Assembly: GCA_964247055.1 (NCBI GenBank)
Contig: OZ176053.1
Span: 3,162,001 to 3,226,000 of the forward strand
Source: Paragordius varius
Lineage: Eukaryota > Animalia > Nematomorpha
Direction of reading: 5' to 3'
DNA: 64,000 nucleotides
The notes beneath the pieces were generated by a model. It made no database searches. It was given only the letters and a program-made list of their open reading frames with translations, and was not told the DNA's origin. Positions 26,201-38,447 of the stretch are shown one piece after another; positions within the stretch are counted from its first letter, which is position 1, and each line of letters begins with the position of its first letter. A program made the position numbers and the translations under genes.

Positions 26201-29200
26201 TGCATAAAAAAATATTTAACAAAGGACACATAAAAAGTTTAAAACAATCACCTTGGTATTGTTGGTGTGTTTAATGGAACAACGATTGATTTTCTATGAT
26301 GTCCGAACCCTATGATGTGTTGAACAGCAGATTGCAACTTTCGTTTAAGGCTAAAATTATCTTCATTACCCTGTTATAATTAGCTCAAAATATTATTGAA
26401 GAATAACAAGTAAACGGCGCGATACCCAAAATAAAAAAAGTTTTTAACTTATATACATTAAAATATAAATATTTAATTTGCATTTTAGTTTATAACATTT
26501 TTACGGATTCAATAGGGAAAATTATTTCATTTTTTTATTGCTTAATTATCATGGTTAAAGATTTATGCCAATATCAAAAATTAACATGCGTTTTGGATAA
26601 ATTTACCCCTTTTGTAGCGACCATGATACAACATTCAGCTAATCGTAACCAAATACGGGGATTACAATGATAAATCCCAACAATTTCAATCAAACAATCA
26701 AAAGCCGGTAACGGTTTTTTAGCGTGTAATAGATTGATGGCAAGATTATGCAGTATATCATGGCGCCTATCATAGGCAAAGGTGTACAGCGGTTTACCAC
26801 AGTTAAAATCTAACAAGATAACATTAACATAGCTAATTATTATTCGGAAAAATATAATTGTTTGTAATCATTTTAAATTTGTATTATGGCTGTAGATAGT
26901 TAAGCTAACAAAATTATATGAATTTTACCGAACTTGTTCTCCTTGTTAATTTATTAATTTAATTACTTAAAATAATATATATCTCTTTGTTGAAAGAAGC
27001 CATTTGTTTTTAATACAGTAAGGAGCACTATTATAAACCATTCTATATTTTAGTTAGCTATATTAAATTCACATGTGAGTAGCTCTGTAATAAAATTTTC
27101 GTTTGTATTAGTTACATTTTTGAAAATTATGAGTTCAATTACTTATGCAACTTATAAAATCAAAAATCTAAAACATGTCAGCAGACATGTAAAATAAATA
27201 CCCTTTTAGCCATTTAAAATACAAAAGAGCTCTTTACTGTATCTTCCTATTATTAATGAACTAAAATGTGCCCATCATTTACAGTATTGTATCCTTTAAA
27301 AACTAATTTTTAAATGGGTAAAAATATTTGTTGAAGAATGGAAAAAACAAGAGCTCTATGGTATTTCTTTTACTTTTTTAATGAATATGATATTGTTAAT
27401 ACCATAGAGCTCTAATTTTTTCCATTTTTTATACCCATATAACAAAAAATTTTTTTTTGATACAATAAAGATACATACAAGACTCTAACATGAGCAATTT
27501 AAACTTTTTGTCCCCAAATTAGGAGTCTGTATAAAAATAATTGTCATACTTGCTGTCGGTTCCGCCGGATCAGGGAAATCTCCAATTAAATCTTCATTTT
27601 CTTGCAAGGCCTTACGTAAATAAAAAACGGCCAAGTTTGCCTTATTCAACGATAAATGATTGAGAGCTAAATTGTTGTAGAAACAGGATGAGATGTATTT
27701 TATGGGTAACTGTTTACCCATACCATTACCAGTTGTACCGGCCACGTAATTGATGTTTAGGTTATTATTGTTGCTTTGTACACCACCTACCATATTTGTC
27801 GAATAATATTGATCAGCTATAATCTTTTGAGATTGATTTATGATAGATAGGGATTTCCTGTAACCACCAGTTATATAATTGTATTCCCCCTTTAAGTAAT
27901 TATCCAAAGCCGATGATATTTGTGTGTTCTAATAATTCAAGTAAATATACATATAATAAATTTAACCGTTTTGAAATATGATTATTGTAAACAAACTCAA
28001 AATTTTTAGTTAAAAACTATGGTTAAATCATATTTTTCCTCATATAAATATTGTTTTAAAACAATAGAAATCTCAATATTAAAAAAATGGGTTCTACTTA
28101 ATCCTTTTGCCCTTCAAACGGAAGGGGAATTTTCAATTTTTAGTAAAAAATTTAAAATTTACTTGGTTTAATTTAATTAATCATTTTTATACTTATGTTT
28201 TTATAAGCTTTTCTAACAAACAACGATATTTTGGGCAAATAAAGAACTAAAGTACACAATAAAAAATCATGAAAATTGGGGCCATGTGTAAGCATTAAAT
28301 CACAAGCATTGAGTAAATAGGCTGGTTCTGGCAATGGTTTTGGCTGAAATGATATTAAAGCTAAGATAAGACAGGGCAACCATTTTTATGGCTAAAAAAC
28401 CTTATAAATTAAGAAAGGAAAATAAGATAGGCATTTGAATTAGATTTTCACATACCTTCAAGCAAATTTTTGTCACTTTAGCGATTAATTAGTGAATTTA
28501 AAGTTTATCAAAAAACTTATCTTTGCCAAATATTAAACCCTATTATAAATAGTTTTATCTAGTATTGCAATTTCTAAAGCAGGGGTGTTTCGCATGCTGT
28601 CCTCTAACATCTGCTGCTCGCGAGAAATTTCAAATGCAAAATACAAATCTAAGTTAAATTCATTTTTTTAAACAAATTTACTGAAGTCTTTTGGCAATTA
28701 ATCAGCTAAAATTGTTAAAATAAATACTAGTTTTTACAGCCTTATGTTTCAAATCTAATAATATTTGTTAATTATCATATATTTTGTTAATGCAGGCCGT
28801 CCCAAATATGCGGCCCGAGAATCCATTTGTGTTGACACCCCTGTTCCAAAGTTTAAAATCTAGATAATCATCAAATCTTAATCAATTAACTGCTCATATT
28901 GAAATCATGGAATTGGTGTTTGAATATAGTCAAAAGCAAATTATAAATTAAATTTATTGTTAAACCATAATACAGTTTTTAGCGATCATCAAAGATTTTA
29001 TATAAAATATATGGCGGTAAGTTGAAAGAAGGATTTTTCAATTTAAAATAAATACAATGAGCCTATGAAAAATACATATTTTAAACTTATCACATTAAAA
29101 ATACCTTCTAAGCTATATTGATTTACTTAAACTTTAACATAGGGGATTCTAACAGAAATGGCCTCGCGAGCCGCCTTACAAACATAAAACTACTATTTAT

Positions 29201-32200
29201 TGTAATAATTTTTGCTACTTCATTACGAAAATTTGGAACGGAAATATTAATTCTGCTTGGATTTTTTTGTAAGCCGCATTTTTTTAATTATAAAATTTTT
29301 TATGTAATTTCTCGAGGGCTGACAAAATATTTCGAAAGGCGCGCGTTGAACACCCATGTTTTAACATTGTTGATATACAATAAAGGGATACATCACAGGC
29401 TACTGTAAAATTAACCAACTAACATCATCAGTTGAGCTCTTTACAGGGATAAATTCTTAAATTGCATTTTCGTTTCTGATTAAACATGTAAAATAAGCCG
29501 ATATAATTTAAAACCGGGTTATTATATTATATAAGAGAAGGTAAATAAATGTATTATTAACAGAAAACTTGAGGCATTGATAAACGAATTATCGCAAAAT
29601 ACTAATATTTTTTTGTATGGCGTAAATAGAGATTGAAACCAAAATTATTAATTGCACCTCTTTAAAATTAATCAAAAATATTTTTTTGGAATTAAAATTA
29701 ATTCTAACAAAAATTGAAATAGCAATGATACATAATCGTCTATATTAGTATAATGATTAATAAATAACATCAGCGCTCAGTTTTGGATGATGTGCTAAAA
29801 CATCTACTTCGCAAAGAGTTTTTCCACAAGGGACACATGTAATAAAATTAAATCACCTAACTTAAACACCATTGTAAACTAAGTCAATTCTGAGCAAGAG
29901 GCATGTCTAAAAATTAACATTAAACGAATATCAAAGGCCCTTTGTTAATGAATTACACTGCTCAACAAGGTTTTGCACCACCCCATTATTTTTGCATTTT
30001 ACCTAATGGCATGGAAAGGCCAAATCAAAAAAGAAAATTGAGGCCACCAATAGGATTTTTCCGAAATTTAATTTTTAAATTTGCATTTAATTTAAAAATA
30101 ACAATCATTCCTCGTGTATATATGTTTAAATATTCAAACGAACAAGTCGATACAAGTAATATTCCATGCATGAATAACAAAATTCTAGGCATTAAATAAG
30201 ATACTAAACAAGCTAAGAGCCAAAGTATTAAAAATCTAAAAGGGGCTTATGTATAGTGTGATAGATCCGGGCGGCTGCACAAGCTCTGCATATCCCCCAA
30301 ACGATCCAATTATGCCAGATATGGCAAAGATAACAATAAGTAATCGTAAAGCCCGATAAGAGAGACTAGCAAGCAAAATCCAGGCAAATTGACATGTCAA
30401 ATTAACCAATTCACAGAATAAATTTAGATTAATTCTACAATTAAATTGAATAAAAAGATTAGGTAAATACAAATGGTCCAATCCCATAATAGTAAATTCT
30501 AATAAAAGTGGCTACACAACATCCATCTGAAATTAAAAATACAAAACAACCAATAATTTTAAAAAATAAAGTATATCCACTAGGGATAAATAAAGGATTT
30601 TTTGTAAGAACCAACTCAAGAAAAAAAGCCTAATAAGTACTCGACAGAACGAAAACTAACAAAAAAAATATAGCCTATCTAAAAGCCGAAGGTTTAAACC
30701 ACAGAATGCCTTTTTTAGTATTTTTTTAAAATTTTTTATACGTATTAAAAATTCACTTGAAAGAAAAAGACTAAATTTTGACGTTTAAGTCCGTACTATT
30801 TTTTTCTCTCTGATATTTAAATGACATATTTATATTCAAAAGATAGAGTTTAAAACGCTTTATTAAATGATATTAAGTTTATAATATAATAACATTTTAT
30901 TATAATTTCTCTCGATTTTCTCTTGTTTTTAAAAAATTGAAAAACCTATAATATTTCAAAATTCTGATTGACGAGATCAAAAAATTTTTCACATTCGGTT
31001 TTAAAACATTGAAATTAGTCATAATTTAAAAGTTTGAGTGGTGGTGCTCAAAAATGTCCAAATTTGCCGACTAGTGTTATTATAAAAAACAATAACTGAC
31101 GTATCTTGTCCGCTAATCAAGGGACCAAATTATATGCCAAAAAGCATAAAAATAACATAAATTTTATCAGTAGAAGCGCGTTATAATTTTAAGGGCATTT
31201 TTTAACCAAGAAAAAAAATATGTTTAGAAATTCATAAATATATAGCTGATACTTAAATTGAGAATATAAATACTTAACTCGTTTTATTTAATGAAAATAT
31301 TTATTTGTCGTATTAATTGTCTGTCTGGTTAAGACCGTGAACATATTCATTTATAACGGTCAAATTGTTCATTTTAAAAGCAAATACAACTTTTCCAATC
31401 ATATTAACTTTATTATTATAGGTTTAATTGTAAATAATAATTTAATAGCATATATGATTTTTTTGAAAAATAAAAACCAATAGGGTGTTCAGGTGCGCAG
31501 TTAAGAGATAAAATCTGCTTTAATATTTTGAAAATTTGATAAATTAGGAAAATTCAATAACCTCTTCTGTTTCACCATTGAAATCATCCGAGGAGAGAAA
31601 ATATTGTAGTTTGCACTGTAAAATTATTTAGAAAAATATACTTGTCGCAGGTAAGTGGTAAAAGCCTTCTTTTCCAAATCATTACAATTCCGAATTTTAA
31701 GTGATATATATGAGCATTCATTTTCACAATTGCCTAGAATTAAGCTAAGGCTTACCATTTAGTAGGGACTCTGTAAAATTGATAATTTTAAAGGCTTTAT
31801 TATGCTGAAAGTTTTTTAAGTACAGATTAATTAACATAAAGCATATTTGAATGGCTAAATAGGATTCTAATAAATTAAAATATTTATTAATTTACCTATC
31901 GTAAAAAGTATATTAAATAAGGGTTCGGTTATAAATAAAGCCTGTTTATACTGCTTATAATATAACAGAACGCACGCAAAGTTATAAAAATATATGGCTT
32001 GATCCGGATAGTGCATTGTTGAAATATCATCAATATTAACGCCCATCTATACTTTATTTAAAATTTACATTATAGCATATAAGGCGCATATTATCTAAAA
32101 ATTGGTTTATTTTTGTTTGATTTGAGGCATAAAACTCATTGACGTATAAATTGTGCAGAACTTTAGGATCATTCGCATTTTTTTGCAAAAGAGCCCTGAG

Positions 32201-32266
32201 ATTTGCGGCAGATTCTTCAAAATTTCCTTTAACAAAATTTTGATAACTCAAATCACCCGTGTCCAT
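23256..32266 (-). CDS. CNOT10: CCR4-NOT complex subunit 10, multi-exon (central exon boundaries not all mapped)
   Basis: N-term MDTGDLSYQNFVKGNF...DPKVLHN...EFYASNQT; FYNFACVLLYYKQY; YLKGEYNYITGGYRKS; FYNNLALNH; ILHNLAINLLHAKKP...AFDCL...NPRIWLRLAECCI; NLDFAILCLRNAL; last exon GHLDMARMII ends at 23256. The first four introns are 22, 29, 22 and 26 nt. Confidence 0.9.
28580..28843. mobile_element. hAT-type MITE (264 bp)
   Basis: TIR CAGGGGTGT...ACACCCCTG with a near-perfect 8-bp TSD ttctaaag/ttccaaag. Related right-end fragments occur near 13165-13192 and 61735-61768. Confidence 0.8.
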
Positions 32267-32308
32267 TTGTAAAAAAGTTACCAGATTGTTTTTTTAAAGG
32301 GCGTGTGT
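32267..32308. promoter_or_regulatory. 42-bp spacer between the divergent start codons of CNOT10 and RBM48; inferred bidirectional promoter or overlapping 5' ends
   Basis: ATG on minus at 32266 and ATG on plus at 32309; both N-termini match their families. Confidence 0.55.
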
Positions 32309-32798
32309 ATGAAACCGCATCATGTCAAAGATGATATTTGCCGAAATCGTCCGTTTTATAGGGCTGGTAAAAAAGAGAAGGGCATAAAAGTATATAAAGT
32401 TAATTATAGTTCTGGGGTTTTCAATCGCATCAGAATCTCAATATATAATCGTTCAAAATGTTCCCGATATGAAGCTGGATTTATACGTTAGAAAATTATT
32501 TGGCAAACACGGTAACATAATTGATTTTCAAAATCTTGAAAATTATCCATGTGAAAAATTTAACACAGCCTTCTTGATAAAATATGAAAATTTTCATCAA
32601 GCAAAGTAAATAAATTTTTAATTTTACAGAAAAGCCAAGCAATCTTTAGATGATATGTCATTTTATGGCTCAATTATGCACATATTTTATGCTCCCGAAT
32701 ATGAAGAACCATCCGAATTAATTAGCAAAATTAATTTGAGATTTATTGATGTCAAAGATCGACTTTTATGTTATGACAAATATAAGAATAAAATTTAA
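32309..32798 (+). CDS. RBM48: RNA-binding protein 48 (minor-spliceosome factor), 146 aa; join(32309..32408,32434..32605,32630..32798)
   Basis: Spliced HHVKDDICRNRPFYRAGKKEKGIKVYKVNYKSQYIIVQNVP...NYPCEKFNTAFLIKY...KAKQSLDDMSFYGSIMHIFYAPEYE aligns without gaps to the remembered human HHV...KVYTINLESQYLLIQGVP...SFFGGLLHVCYAPEFE. Introns are 25 and 24 nt, both GT-AG. Confidence 0.88.
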
Positions 32799-33489
32799 TT
32801 TAATTGATAATAATTATAATTATCTGTGTTGTTTTGCGCCATTACATTTTGTTCTTTATAAGGATTAGTATCCGCCAAGTTCCATCCGTAACCGTCAAAT
32901 TCCAAGTTATAAACACATTGATCATCTAAAAATTTTCAAAAGATCAATTATTTTTCTTTAAATTTTTAAAATCATATCATCCTTTTCAATTTTTATGTTG
33001 ATTTTTGGGTTATACCGCCTTTACGCGGCGCATTATATTAACGTGATTTGGATGACTTAAAATTCTTGAGGTTTGGCCAGGGTAATCATGAAAAACTTTT
33101 AATATTTAAATACCTGAATGGATTTAGACTCATAATCTCAAACCGATTCTGCGCTGTAACGCCTTAAACAAGTATAAAGGCTAAATATATACAGCTTGAT
33201 GTCCGTATTTGATTAGTCCTGTAAGGCATCCCATCCTTAAATATTACAAATTAAAAAGTCACTAATTTTTACAAATACTCTTTTAGCTTGCGATGGACCA
33301 ACAATATTTGTTTAAGGGGGGTGGCCACGACATAACACCAATCATATAACATTTATGGATAAATATCCATAAATGTTTTATTTTAAAATTTTTTATTATC
33401 AATTAGTACTTCTACCCGATTTCTATTCGTTCGTTTATACAACTGTAAACTTTTTAATCTATTTATATTTTACCACCTTTTTCTTCTAA

Positions 33490-36440
33490 TACACATTTTC
33501 CTCCCGTTGGAAAGGTTGCGGAAAGAAATGCCATCCTCGCATAAAACATTTGGTGAAAATTCAAACCGGATAGCGACTTGGAATGTTAATACACTGACAG
33601 CGAGATCAGGAGAAATAGCCACTAGACTTTATGGAAGAAAAGTGGATAGCTGTTCTATTCAGGAATCAGGAAAGGGCAAGGTACCAAAATTGTTAAAAAC
33701 TATTTATTTTGATGTGGTACAGACAAAAGAAAAAAGGCGGGAGTCGCCATTTTTATCGCGCAACGTTTAAAATCTAATATTATTTCATTACATTCACGAG
33801 CGTATTATGTTCGTAAAAATAAAAAATAATAATATCTACAATATATTTTCATTATACGCACCGGTCTCTGGTACAATCACTGAAGTATCAGATGCGTTTT
33901 GGTCATATATTAAATTTCAATGGAAAAAATTATTTCTTTCTGGAGACCTTAATGGTCATATCGGCAATTTGCCTACCCAAATGTACACGGAGGATTTACT
34001 TAATTCATTTAATGAAAATGGTAAATGTATTCTTGATTTTGCAACAAATAACAATTTAACAATAATTAATACCTTCTTTAAAAAGGACACATCTAAATAT
34101 TCCACTTATGTTTCAGGCAAGTCAAGCATGCCATCTATTTAATTATGTCAAGCTATTCTTTGAAAAACACTTTTACAAATATTAGAACACCCAAACTGCG
34201 ATTGCAACACAAGTTGGTAATCGCAGATCTATAAATTACCCTATCACATCACCCAGTTAACAGAGTATCAAAGCTACGTTACAACAAACTAAAACATCCA
34301 TCTACTGTAAAAGCCTAAGCTTGTATCAGATAAGGTCTCTAATTCAGACTCTATTAACTGGAGCACCTTCAGACAATTATGTATTCATTGGAAAAGGTAG
34401 CATGACGCTGTAAAAAGGTAAATAACATCAAGTTTAAATGGTGGTGGGACGTTGCTATTAAGGATTGTATTAGATTGAAAAAGTTAGCTTTTAAGAAATG
34501 GTAAGCAGAAAAAACAGTTGAATCCAAATTAGGATATTCCATTGAGAAAAAATGTCGAAAAACAATAAGGGAAATGATAAGCAAAAAGGGTCATGAAGAG
34601 GGCTTGAAAATGGATACCCAGGTTAATCACAATCCATATACAAATCAATAAATGATTCATCTTCTATTCTATCAAAACAAGCAATCAAGCTCGATAACTC
34701 TATCAGCTATGAAATAAAACAAACATGGAGGAACCATTTCTAGAAAATATTCAACAGTAATGATAGTAGTGTTTTTATACCATGTTCTACCCATGTATTA
34801 AGTTTTGCTGAACAGTTTACGGAAATCGATATTGAAAAAGGAATTCGTTTCATGAAAAGAAATAAAGTTTCCGCTCCCTCTGAATTTACGGTATAAATGA
34901 TCAGCGCCTTGGATTCAAAACTAAGCACACCGATACTGTGTAATATATTTTAATAGTATAATTAACGATAATATAACTTTAAACGAACGGAACAATAGCT
35001 TAATAATACCCCTATATAAGGGCAAAGGAGACAAACTTAACCCTGACTCCTATCGCCCAATAAATCTCGAACATGGTATAAAACTATTTGAACTTATACT
35101 ATTAAATAAGATAAAAGATAGGATAGATATAAATGAAATGCCTAGTGGTTCCTTACCCAACAAAGGAACCACAGATGCCATCCTTATACTAAGACAACTT
35201 CAACGAGCAGACCTTCGAAATAACCCTTTATTTCATGCCTTCATCGACCTTGAAAAGGCATTTGATTCGGTAGCCCGAACTCTAATCCCATGGGCCCTAC
35301 GAAACAAAGGCATTGACGAATGGATGGTTAAATTAATAATGGCATTATATACCGAGTGCGAAGCTCAGGTGGCGACAAGCGTAGGGTACTCCGACTCTCT
35401 CTCAATTAACTCCGGGCTGCACCAAGGCTCGCTCTTGAGCCCGTTCTTGTTTGGATGAAATTACTAAATCCTTAGACCAAGGCTTACCATACAACATCCT
35501 TGACGACTTGGTATTAATGGCAAACAGTGAAGTGCAATTAAACACAGATCGCGAGATGGAAAGCTAGAGATGTTTGGACTTAAGGTTATGTAAAAAACAA
35601 AATTAATGAACGATAATAATAAAAATCCCAAATGGCCCTGCTCAATATGTAATAAAGAAGTCAAAACCAACGCAATCCAATGTCTCAAATGTAAAAAATG
35701 GGTCCACAAAAAATGCTCTCAGTTGAAATCGCTAAAATTACATCTCGATTTTATATGCAGCAATTGCACCAATGCACCACGCCCAACCCAACTAAGCCTC
35801 CACAAAGTATACGTAATGAAGAACCTTTTGAAACAGTACAAAGTTTCACATATTTGGGTGACATTATAAGCGCTGGTAGGGGCCTTGAACCAACCATAAA
35901 TAACCGTATAAAAAATGCCTGGTTAAAATACCACCAACTTAAAAGTATTATAAACAATAAATACATCTCATTCAAATTCAAATCGAATATGTACACCACC
36001 ACCAAACGACCCGTTCTAATTTACGCAACAGAAGCTATGGCTTTAACCAAAACAAATTCACTAAAGTTACAACAAGCGGAAAAGAGAATTCTATAAACTA
36101 TACGCTATGCAACAAACCCAAACCTCTATAACTCCAATAATAAATTGATCCATATACTGTCCTACAAATGACTATGGACTATTTGCGCACAAATCGTCTG
36201 AGATTCGCGGGACATATTCCTAACGCCCACATGAAAGTTGGGTATACCGCATGGTCAATTTTTCTACAAGTTTGCGAAATCGTAAAGGGCGTTTATTACG
36301 AATTTGGCTCTCTATTGTGGAAAACATCTGGCTATTTTATGAAAATTAAAAATGCGCAGGACCGATGTTTATGGCGTAAATCTATCCGAAGGGTTACCTC
36401 CTTGTTGGGAGAAAAAAACCCTTAAAGATTGAATTAGTGC
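33490..36440 (+). mobile_element. Near full-length decayed RTE-like LINE (APE endonuclease + RT with internal Cys-rich finger)
   Basis: RIATWNVNTL, SLYAP, GDLNGHIG, GTTDAILILRQL, FIDLEKAFDSV, GLHQGSLLSP, FTYLGD, RLRFAGHI; many frameshifts. Boundaries are approximate. Confidence 0.88.
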
Positions 36441-37149
36441 TTCTACCCTGCCAATTCTACCACAGTATAAGATCCATAGCTTAAATCTCAATTCGCCGTT
36501 AACGCCAGTGATTTTGGAAAAAAATAAAATACACTTAAAAATATCTGCTGTATCAAATTACTAAGCCCTCATTAACCAGAAAAAAGCTCATGTCTCGCAC
36601 GACCCAATTAAACAAATTATCAGTCCTAAACTATCAATATCACATATTTAGCCGGATATTTCTTATCTGCGAAAATAAACTAACAAACACATTATTAAAC
36701 ACATTATAACAGTCTAAAATTCATGATCATTTTTTATAAGCAATTAAATGGTTTTATCATAATCAACTGCATGTCATTCGATACAAAGAGTTGTTACCCC
36801 AGGCCTGTTTATTCATAAAATGAAATGTGGTACATATTTAAACCATTTCAAAAGTTTCCAATTCTTATTTTATATAGGTAAATTTGAAGGCTTAAATTAA
36901 GAAAACTAAAGCCATCTTTCTATTGAATGTTTTTTGGTAAAACGGAAAATAAAACAAATATCATATAGATAAGTTGTTTTTTTTATATTTCATTAATAAT
37001 GATCCGCCGAAATATTTGATTCATTTTTTTATATAACACAGTGTACCGATTTCGCTCATAATTAATATTATGATAGAATTCTTCTTATAGCTTTAATATT
37101 ATTTAGTTTAAATAATCCAAATAAAAGCAAAATAATGGCTCTCTGAATA

Positions 37150-37470
37150 AACGAACCCAATATAACTTTAGACCACGCTCCAGTAGAAGTGGTTAAAAAT
37201 ACTTTATTCTAAGGCTCTCTTATTAATAATTACAGTTTCTCCACACCAGATATTATAGGGCGCATTGAATTCGAAAAGGCAGTGAACATGTTAACTTAAG
37301 TATGGAAAAGTAAAGACTTTACTATGAAAACTAGAGTAAGAATTATTAATGTACGGTTTTACCTGTACCGACTTGTGCTGCAGAAATGGACATTGAAACA
37401 TTGTTAAAAACGATTGCAGTCTGATGATGATGGGGGGACTTTCAATAGAAGGTAGTTTGACAAGGTAAAG
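37150..37470 (+). mobile_element. Short RTE-like LINE fragment (post-RT region)
   Basis: Degenerate frames such as VWKSKDFTMKTRVRII resemble the region downstream of RTE RT domain 7. Confidence 0.55.
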
Positions 37471-38447
37471 AATGAATCAATAATTGAAACTAAATATTGA
37501 CATCAAACCTAGCACTATTAATGACACTAAATTTTACTGATGTTTTATAATTTGATCAGTCCAAATCGGTACAACACTAATTACAACCACTATGATTAAT
37601 TTACCATTTTGATGCAAAATTTGGCTTGATAGATGTAAGGATTTAGCCTGACGAGTTGAACAATGATCGTGAGCTCGATTGCAAAAATAAGTCCAATAAA
37701 TTTAAACATATTTTTTACGGAAAGAAATGCAATTATATATAACTAAATTGAACGGGAATATATGTGATTTTAAAATTTTATTAAATTGTTCAATATATAA
37801 TTTTAAGAGTATTAAACCATAATGATTGGGTTTATGTTGTTTGATTTTTTTGCAATCATTTTTCAAGGAAAGTTTTTCTTATTTTTTATATTTTTGTACC
37901 AGTTTTCTTTAAATAAGACCAAAATTTTCCGAAAATCCGCCGATATCAGAAATTAAATAACTAGAGGATTTTTTGTGATTTGCTTAAACCTACTTATCAA
38001 ATCTGCTAGTATATCTAAATGATAATGCAACAAGATGGGCGTTTTAAGCTAGAGGAGTATAAAAGCCTAAATTAGACCACATAATTGATACTTTTTGATT
38101 ATAAAAGTCATTGAAACAGTGATACTCAAACCGCGTCCCTAAAATTGCTTTTTTATGGCCCTGAATCGTTTGATAATATTTGTAAATACTTATTTGGAAT
38201 ATAAATCCCTGCAATGTATCAAAAGCTATGAAATTTAAATGGGTATTAACGTTCCTGAGACAAGAAAATATTTTTTTGACCCTTTAATTTTTTTTGGTGT
38301 GTACACTTGCCACTGCATTAATTGTGAGTCATGCGTTACTGTGATTGAGTCGGATTATAAAGTTTAAATGGGTGCTGATTAACCTATTCGGAAATCAAGT
38401 GTTTATTTTCACACAAAAAACAGCTTATCGGTTTACAATAAATTCGT

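Noticed and set aside
29942-30060. Cytochrome b-like PLGKM..WGG motif on the minus strand
   Set aside because: The spacing is wrong, there is an internal stop, and the flanking residues do not match.
32390-32414. Non-canonical GT-TG intron in RBM48
   Set aside because: A canonical 25-nt GT-AG intron at 32409-32433 restores the frame and gives a better alignment (KVYKVNYKSQY).
33010-33190. Second HDV-like ribozyme upstream of the plus-strand LINE (cgcc-tttacgc-ggcg ... ggctaa)
   Set aside because: Only P3-like and J4/2-like pieces are visible. P1, P1.1 and P2 pairings cannot be formed, so at best it is a decayed remnant.
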